64,000 nt of DNA from a virus (taxonomy: Duplodnaviria; Caudoviricetes): positions 25,989 through 89,988 of the IMG/VR virus record IMGVR_UViG_3300012933_000371; one strand, written 5' to 3'. The notes beneath the pieces are model-generated. The model saw nothing but the letters and a program-made list of their open reading frames with translations, made no database searches and was not told the origin of the DNA. Shown piece after piece: positions 47,696 through 52,960 of the stretch. Within the stretch, counting starts at the first letter, position 1, and every line of letters starts with the position of its first letter. A program made the position numbers and the translations under genes.

Positions 47696-47717
47696 AAAAA
47701 GCCCCGAAGGGCTTTTT
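47696..47717. terminator. Bidirectional intrinsic terminator
   Basis: AAAAAGCCCCGAAGGGCTTTTT; the minus strand forms GCCC-UUCG-GGGC-UUUUU. Confidence 0.85.
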
Positions 47718-47730
47718 ATTTTGCCAAAAA

Positions 47731-47826
47731 TAAAATGAATACTTTTGTTTGCAGAAATTCTTGGAAACAAAAGTATTACATTTTGGGGCGCCAAAATTAT
47801 AGCATATACTTTTGGCCCGTGTCAAG
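47731..47826 (-). repeat. Pre-early cassette 3
   Basis: 13-bp inverted repeat 47738-47777; GGCGCC; -10 at 47796-47801; -35 at 47820-47825. Confidence 0.85.
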
Positions 47827-47892
47827 CAAAATAAATTAACTTATTTTTTGTAGGGGTATTATTTTTGGGGATTTTTATTGTATAATCTTCAC

Positions 47893-48270
47893 ATGGACAA
47901 AACGATTTTAACCCGCTTACTAAAACGCGAATCGGCTATGATTTGGGATTCGCTTTGCGAGATATATCCCGCACTTGTTTTTCACGACTGCCCGAAAATT
48001 AGCCTTAATGGTAGATTATGGCGCGTGGCGGGTTTAAACGATCAAGCCGAAAATTCTATTGAATTGGGCTATAAATTCTTTGCACATAGCAAAAAATATG
48101 CCAACTATATGATTGATGTTATTTTGCCACATGAGATTATACATCAAGCCGATTATAATTTATTTGGCGAAAGCGAAAAAATTTGTGGGCATGGCGTAAA
48201 ATGGCGTGAAATTATGGTAAACTATGGTTTAGACGCTGACCCGTTTCATACAATGGATATTAAACGATGA
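47893..48270 (+). CDS. SprT-like zinc metalloprotease, probably leaderless
   Basis: LNGRL...AG, ILPHEIIH, HG..WREIM; TATAAT(47881-47886)-CTTCAC-ATG. Confidence 0.8.
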   Translation: MDKTILTRLLKRESAMIWDSLCEIYPALVFHDCPKISLNGRLWRVAGLNDQAENSIELGYKFFAHSKKYANYMIDVILPHEIIHQADYNLFGESEKICGHGVKWREIMVNYGLDADPFHTMDIKR

Positions 48271-48380
48271 TAGAAAAAATTTTATGGGGTATTTTGTGGG
48301 GGGTTGTGATAATGGCCCCGCATATATGGTATAATTGGCACATAGCAAAACAAAACAAACGAGCAAAACAAAATGACTAA
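48267..48380 (+). CDS. 37-aa membrane miniprotein
   Basis: MIEKILWGILWGVVIMAPHIWYNWHIAKQNKRAKQND; overlaps both neighbours. Confidence 0.5.
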   Translation: MIEKILWGILWGVVIMAPHIWYNWHIAKQNKRAKQND

Positions 48381-48585
48381 ATTTTTTGAAACCTTTGGTA
48401 CTATTGCTGGAATTATTGGTGCTTTTCTTGTAGCACTTACGTTTGCAGGAATTGGATACTATTTTTTCTTTTGTAGTTCTTTTTGCCTAATGATATCGGC
48501 GATTCGTCAGAAACAAAAGAATTACATTGCGCTACAAACTACATTCTTTTTGGCTAACGTGATCGGATTGTTAAATTATGCGTAA
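48373..48585 (+). CDS. Small multi-TM membrane protein
   Basis: Three hydrophobic segments in 70 aa. Confidence 0.65.
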   Translation: MTKFFETFGTIAGIIGAFLVALTFAGIGYYFFFCSSFCLMISAIRQKQKNYIALQTTFFLANVIGLLNYA

Positions 48586-48651
48586 ATAATTTAAAAAATC
48601 TTGAAAATCTGAAAAAACTGTGATATAATGAATTTTTAAAGGGGATTTGAA

Positions 48652-48978
48652 ATGACTGCAAAAACTGTAAACTACACCGCCGAGCAAACTGCTAAGATTG
48701 TGGCCGATTATTTGGCTGGCGTGACTGTCGAAGCCTTGGCCGCTGAATTGGGAAAATCAGCCCGTTCGGTTGTTGCGAAATTGTCACGCGAAGGCGTATA
48801 TAAGGCAAAAGTATACAAAACCAAAACTGGCGCGGCTGTGGTCAAAAAAGATGCTCACGCCGATGCAATCGGCGCTATTTTGCAATTGAGCGAAAATGAA
48901 ATCGAAAGTTTGACAAAAGCAAATAAAACTGCGCTGGAAAAGATTTTTTCAGCACTTGCAAATTCTAAGCCAGTTTAA
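48652..48978 (+). CDS. T5 A2-like protein, paralogue 2
   Basis: Highly similar to 43588-43911; own promoter TTGAAA-17-TATAAT. Confidence 0.6.
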   Translation: MTAKTVNYTAEQTAKIVADYLAGVTVEALAAELGKSARSVVAKLSREGVYKAKVYKTKTGAAVVKKDAHADAIGAILQLSENEIESLTKANKTALEKIFSALANSKPV

Positions 48979-48992
48979 GCCGAAAGGCTTAC

Positions 48993-49022
48993 AAAGCCCC
49001 TCAATTTCGAGGGGCTTTTTTT
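48993..49022 (+). terminator. Intrinsic terminator
   Basis: AAGCCCCTC-AATTTC-GAGGGGCTT followed by a T run. Confidence 0.85.
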
Positions 49023-49040
49023 CGTGCAAACGCAAATGCA

Positions 49041-49059
49041 AATGAGAATCATTCGCATT
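49041..49059. promoter_or_regulatory. Fur box-like 9-1-9 palindrome
   Basis: AATGAGAAT-C-ATTCGCATT, one mismatch from perfect dyad; extra AAATGC hexamer upstream. Confidence 0.65.
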
Positions 49060-49060
49060 T

Positions 49061-49103
49061 GGCGGCGCCAAAATTATACCACATAATTTTGGGCTGTGTC
49101 AAG
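49061..49103 (-). promoter_or_regulatory. Pre-early cassette 4: leftward TTGACA-18-TATAAT + GGCGCC
   Basis: -10 at 49073-49078; -35 at 49097-49102. Confidence 0.85.
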
Positions 49104-49131
49104 GATTTTTTAATACCCGAGTAATTTACTC

Positions 49132-49190
49132 TGGCATGGTTCTTGCGCCGCGGGCAGGCATGGTTCTTGCTATTAGCAAAATACGTGCCA
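49132..49190. promoter_or_regulatory. Three sigma54 -24/-12 boxes
   Basis: + strand TGGCATG-GTTC-TTGC (49132-49146) and AGGCATG-GTTC-TTGCT (49156-49171); - strand TGGCACG-TATT-TTGCT (49175-49190). All are GG-N10-GC. Confidence 0.75.
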
Positions 49191-49315
49191 CCACTCAATA
49201 ATGCATAATTATTAATTATCGTGGCATAATTATAAATTACCAGAAATTTTCACGTTATGAAAACCTATGCCACCATGTAAAATTGAGTACCTTTGACTTA
49301 CAACACCAAGCGCGC

Positions 49316-49447
49316 TGCGCCAGTGGCAAAGCAACAAGTGCAAATTCAACGACGTGCCGTGCGCCAGTGGCTGGTCAAGTGCAAATTCTAGTATGTATAG
49401 GCCGCAGAGCCTGGCAAGTGCAAAAATTTACTGTTGAGTGCAAATTC
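49316..49447 (+). repeat. Four AGTGCAAA direct repeats plus two GCGCCAGTGG
   Basis: Cores at 49337, 49378, 49417 and 49437. Confidence 0.75.
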
Positions 49448-49491
49448 AAAAAGTTTTATAATTGTTTTACAAAAGCAGCAAAGGAACTGAA

Positions 49492-49626
49492 ATGACAGAA
49501 CATGAATTTTATCAACAAATTCAGTTGGAGTGGTTCTGTGAATTTGTGAGTGCAGAACTATCCAAAAATCCTCAAGATGTCAACACTCACCGCGAATTTT
49601 TTGAATTTGACGACGTTCCCTTCTAA
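49492..49626 (+). CDS. 44-aa acidic miniprotein ending FDDVPF (SSB C-terminal tip-like)
   Basis: Promoter TTGAGT-17-TATAAT (49434-49462), SD AAGGA, MTEHEFYQQIQLEWFCEFVSAELSKNPQDVNTHREFFEFDDVPF. Confidence 0.7.
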   Translation: MTEHEFYQQIQLEWFCEFVSAELSKNPQDVNTHREFFEFDDVPF

Positions 49627-49671
49627 TGTTACAATAGAATCTTAAACAGCGCAGAAACCAACAAAGGACAT

Positions 49672-49989
49672 ATGATGACTAAAGAAACCAAAACAGTAAA
49701 CTACACTCCAGAACAAACTAAGGCAATTGTGGAGGCATACCAGGCAGGTGCTAGCGTGGAAACTATTGCCAAGGAAATGCAAAAATCCACTCGAAGCATT
49801 GTTGCTAAGCTGGCTCGTGAAGGTGTGTACCAAGCCAAATCTAAAGCCAAGGGCACTCAAGCTCCACGCAAATCCGAGTTGATTACTCAAATTGCTCACA
49901 GCATCGGCACTAACGAAGAGTTGATCGAGTCGCTTGAGAAAGCTACCCGCGAAGCTTTGGAGCTGATTGCAAAGGCTGTTAAACAGTAA
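49672..49989 (+). CDS. T5 A2-like protein, paralogue 3
   Basis: VNYTPEQT...Y.AG..VE.IA...KS.RSIVAKL.REGVY; promoter TTGACG-17-TACAAT (49607-49635). Confidence 0.6.
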   Translation: MMTKETKTVNYTPEQTKAIVEAYQAGASVETIAKEMQKSTRSIVAKLAREGVYQAKSKAKGTQAPRKSELITQIAHSIGTNEELIESLEKATREALELIAKAVKQ

Positions 49990-50014
49990 CAGTTTAGGGT
50001 CAGAAAAAATAAAC

Positions 50015-50043
50015 TTGCTCTGACCCTCTTTTTGCGATATAAT
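50015..50043 (+). promoter_or_regulatory. sigma70 promoter of the long ncRNA
   Basis: TTGCTC-17-TATAAT, -35 embedded in the AGGGTCAGA/TCTGACCCT hairpin. Confidence 0.75.
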
Positions 50044-50270
50044 TATTACTTAGAAAACGAAATAACAACACTGGGACAGCCTGCCACGCTAACTAATTTA
50101 ATCTTGAATACGCAAGCTGTCCCATGTTATAATAATATATCTACTCAGCAAACAGATTACTCAACGAGTCTGTTTGGTAAGTAGTCTGTTTTTGGTGTTA
50201 TGAGCCCAGCCATATATAGCTGGATAACAACTTAATGGTGACCGAAATCTCTAGTCACCGCCTCCCCTAC

Positions 50271-50369
50271 TCCTCTGATGAGCTTATGAAATTTAAGCGA
50301 AACCCAAGCCTTCGTGGCAAGTGTGCGAGCGTCTCCCACCGTTCCACTTGCTACACCTTAGGGTCAGGA
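50271..50369 (+). ncRNA. Type I hammerhead ribozyme
   Basis: CUGAUGA 50275-50281; stem II GCUUA/UAAGC; GAAA 50299-50302; stem III CCC-AAG/CUU-A-GGG extended by GUGGCAAGUG/CACUUGCUAC; GUC ending at 50365; stem I UCCU/AGGA. Confidence 0.8.
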
Positions 50370-50700
50370 CGAAATCCCTAGCGCGTACCACTTGCTGGTG
50401 TTAGGTAAAGAGTAACTCCTAGGTAGCCTACCCTATACCTAAGGCCCCGCTCCGCTATGATCGGGTCACGACTAAACTAGAAATGACCCTAAACTGTGGA
50501 GGGTGCAATAATATATCCAGTCGACTCAGGTTTGCAAAGTCGTTAAGTGTGAGCGCATTCAAGATCCTCCTACTCAGCTAAATCCTTTTATTAACCAAAA
50601 CCAAAGGTAACGCAGTTTAGGATCAGGCAATAAGAGTCCAAGTTGGTTACTTGGCAGTAAGGCTCCTGATTTGGAATAAAAACTTAGTGACGACTAGTTC

Positions 50701-50740
50701 AAAAGCCCCTTCATCCGCAAGATGTTGGGGCTTTTGTTTT
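50701..50740. terminator. Bidirectional intrinsic terminator
   Basis: AAAAGCCCC...CATC-CGCAA-GATG...GGGGCTTTT GTTTT. Confidence 0.8.
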
Positions 50741-50758
50741 GCCTATACGCTCTGCGCC

Positions 50759-50787
50759 ATTTTACCATAGTGCGACAGCAATGTCAA
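50759..50787 (-). promoter_or_regulatory. Leftward sigma70 promoter followed by GGCGC
   Basis: Minus strand TTGACA-17-TAAAAT-GGCGC, firing into the 50701 terminator. Confidence 0.7.
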
Positions 50788-50899
50788 GTGAGTTTTCTAC
50801 GACTTCTGACCCTAAACCGCATAAACTTGGAGAACCTCAAGCACCCACACGCGCTTGACCCTAAACTTGGCCAGTTGACGCCAGAGGCGTCCAATTTGC

Positions 50900-50934
50900 C
50901 CCCACAAAGTACCCACGTAAAAAAGCCCGAATAT
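50900..50934 (-). terminator. Intrinsic terminator
   Basis: AAAAAAGCCCGA...TCGGGCTTTT downstream of A2-like paralogue 4 (coordinates approximate). Confidence 0.55.
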
Positions 50935-50980
50935 CCTGCGATATCGGGCTTTTTGTCGAATTAACTCAAATTATGTCGAA

Positions 50981-51301
50981 TTAATTCAATTTAGGGTCAG
51001 ATTTGGACTCCAAATTCTGTTCGATCATTAACAAGACCTGTTTATTGACCTTTTCTAGGCTTTCGAGTAGCTCTAGGTTGCATTGTAGCAATTCTGCAAT
51101 CCGTTCAATGTGTTCTGACTTTTTTGTTGGCACCTCACCGCGTTTGTTGAGGTACTGCTTTTTTTGGTAGACACCCAGTGAGCTGAGCTTGGCAATAATG
51201 CTGCGTTCTGGCACCTGGAACTGTTGAGCTAGTGCTTGGACGGTCACACCGGCTTGATAGTCTGCGATCAACTGTTTGGTAGATTCATTTGTGTATTTCA
51301 T
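50981..51301 (-). CDS. T5 A2-like protein, paralogue 4
   Basis: MKYTNEST...ADYQAGVTV.ALA.....ERSIIAKLSSLGVY...RGE...KK.EH.E.IA..L......LESLEK. Confidence 0.6.
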   Translation of the reverse strand: MKYTNESTKQLIADYQAGVTVQALAQQFQVPERSIIAKLSSLGVYQKKQYLNKRGEVPTKKSEHIERIAELLQCNLELLESLEKVNKQVLLMIEQNLESKSDPKLN

Positions 51302-51303
51302 GA

Positions 51304-52278
51304 TTAAATCTCCCAAGGTAAGTCTGAACCATCGCTTTTTGATACATACTTATTTTGAGCAGTTTGGGGTCTAAACAAATCTGTAACAATTAGAGGTGCT
51401 GGCATAGAATCCCAACTCTCAGGATCTAAAACCATATACGGAGTACGATTACTTGGGTGTGCACACCAAATTTGGGAATACATTACTTGAGCTAAGTGTG
51501 GTACTGCTTGTAAACATCCGCCTTTTGTAGACCATAATTTAAAACTACTTTGTGGATTACGGCTTTCACCCCTTTTAGGGCCACTTTGATAAATTAACCC
51601 TAATTCACGAGCTTTTAAAATATCTTCTCGTGTATAGTTGCCTTCATGAAGCATTGCTTCACATAAACTATCGTTGACTACCCACTTTAGGGTCTTTCGA
51701 TCCCAACGTGAATATGGAATTTTGTGGTGCAGTTTATAAGCATAAGGAATTAGTGGAACTAAAGCACAAAACTGAGCCCCCTCGCCTTTGTACTGGCTAG
51801 AGAGATATGCACTGCGTGAGTCCAGCATTAAAAACATGTATAGTCCACGTTCCCATTCGCTGTCAAAATCAAAAGCGTGCTTTAAAATCTTGCTGCCATC
51901 AATCTGACCCTCAGCTGTTGAAACTTCCGATAATCGAAATGGTCTATTGGCAATATGTGCCATGATTTGGGGCAGTACTGAAATTAAGAGTGTACTAAGC
52001 TTATATCGTGGAATCCAAATATCTATGGCAGCTTTTTGCCCAGCTTTCTTTCGGACTTCTGCTTTGCTGTACTGTTGAAGCTCTACTTGGTCGCCAAAGC
52101 TGACTTCGCTAGAGGCTTCATGAGTAGCTGCATACCTTTGTTCTAGTGCAGCTACTTCGTTTTCGTATTTGTCTCGTACATGCTGTTCCATACCCTCAAC
52201 TGCAGCGTCTGCAGCGTCTGTATAGATTTCATATAGTTTGTCAAACGGGATTGTTTTAAGTTGTCGGTTAATTATCAT
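51304..52278 (-). CDS. 324-aa protein of unknown function
   Basis: Long ORF, no motif recognised, co-directional with paralogue 4. Confidence 0.8.
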   Translation of the reverse strand: MIINRQLKTIPFDKLYEIYTDAADAAVEGMEQHVRDKYENEVAALEQRYAATHEASSEVSFGDQVELQQYSKAEVRKKAGQKAAIDIWIPRYKLSTLLISVLPQIMAHIANRPFRLSEVSTAEGQIDGSKILKHAFDFDSEWERGLYMFLMLDSRSAYLSSQYKGEGAQFCALVPLIPYAYKLHHKIPYSRWDRKTLKWVVNDSLCEAMLHEGNYTREDILKARELGLIYQSGPKRGESRNPQSSFKLWSTKGGCLQAVPHLAQVMYSQIWCAHPSNRTPYMVLDPESWDSMPAPLIVTDLFRPQTAQNKYVSKSDGSDLPWEI

Positions 52279-52702
52279 AATATTCGCTAAAAAGCAAAGA
52301 CCCTAAATTGATCTCTAGCTAGGGTCGAGTCGCTAGAGTGGTGGTGTGTGCAAAGTGGGACGGCTTTATTAAGTTGTGCAAAACACAAAATACCATACCT
52401 TTTTACAGTACAGTACTTAAATAATTAAAAACAAACAAAAATAAAACAGTGACCCTCAATTGAACATTTGTTATAAACTTGGTAGGTTTTGGCAATAAAA
52501 TCAATCTGGGAAGTCTGTGGTCGTTCGTTTGAGAGTAATAAAATTATCTCAATCTTACTGCAGACCCAGGTTTTATTCAAAACCTAAATTGATTCTTTTA
52601 AGAGAATTTATACATATATTATAACACACTTTTTAGAAAAAGCAAGACCTATTTTTAGTTTTGCTCCTTGCAGCATAGTAAAAATGTTTCTTAGAATCGG
52701 CT

Positions 52703-52960
52703 TTAGTTTTTATAAATGGCTTTGATCTTGGTTAAGATGTTGTCTTGTGATTTGTTTAGATCGAAAAGTTGCTCGCCTTCCAAGCACGCTAACAAGGCCA
52801 AGATATCTTCAATTTCACCAACAAATTCTTGGAGATTTGTAGTTTGGCGATCTGGGTGTCGGTTATCAGGGCCAAATCGGCGAATCTTGGATACAGCTTG
52901 AATAACTTCAGCAGCTTCCTCCTGCAGTTTATCTAGGTAATATTGAGTTTTGTTGTTCAT
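52703..52960 (-). CDS. MazG-like / all-alpha NTP pyrophosphatase-like small protein
   Basis: KLQEEAAEVIQA...EIEDILA ExxE...ExxD pattern. Confidence 0.6.
   Translation of the reverse strand: MNNKTQYYLDKLQEEAAEVIQAVSKIRRFGPDNRHPDRQTTNLQEFVGEIEDILALLACLEGEQLFDLNKSQDNILTKIKAIYKN

Larger units (their letters stand above)
50050..50740 (+). ncRNA. Candidate ~690-nt structured non-coding RNA
   Basis: Own promoter and terminator; no ORF of 60 aa or more in the track; many complementary stems (TGGGACAGC/GCTGTCCCA, GGTGAC/GTCACC, TTAGGTA/TACCTAA, GGGTCA/TGACCC, ATCAGG/CCTGAT, CCAAGT/ACTTGG). Confidence 0.7.

Noticed and set aside
45554-49103. Cassette palindromes as solitary CRISPR repeats (RNA anti-CRISPRs)
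   Set aside because: No resemblance to CRISPR repeat families I know, and loop inversion argues for DNA-level function. Not excluded without a search.
49221-49275. Fourth and fifth sigma54 promoters
   Set aside because: Only the -24 TGGCATA element is present; no GC at the -12 position.
49316-49447. Possible mini-CRISPR array
   Set aside because: Repeats are only 8-13 bp with irregular spacing, and there are no cas genes.
51304-52278. T5 A1 homologue
   Set aside because: Lacks the metallophosphoesterase GDxH/SNHD/GHxH motifs and is much shorter.
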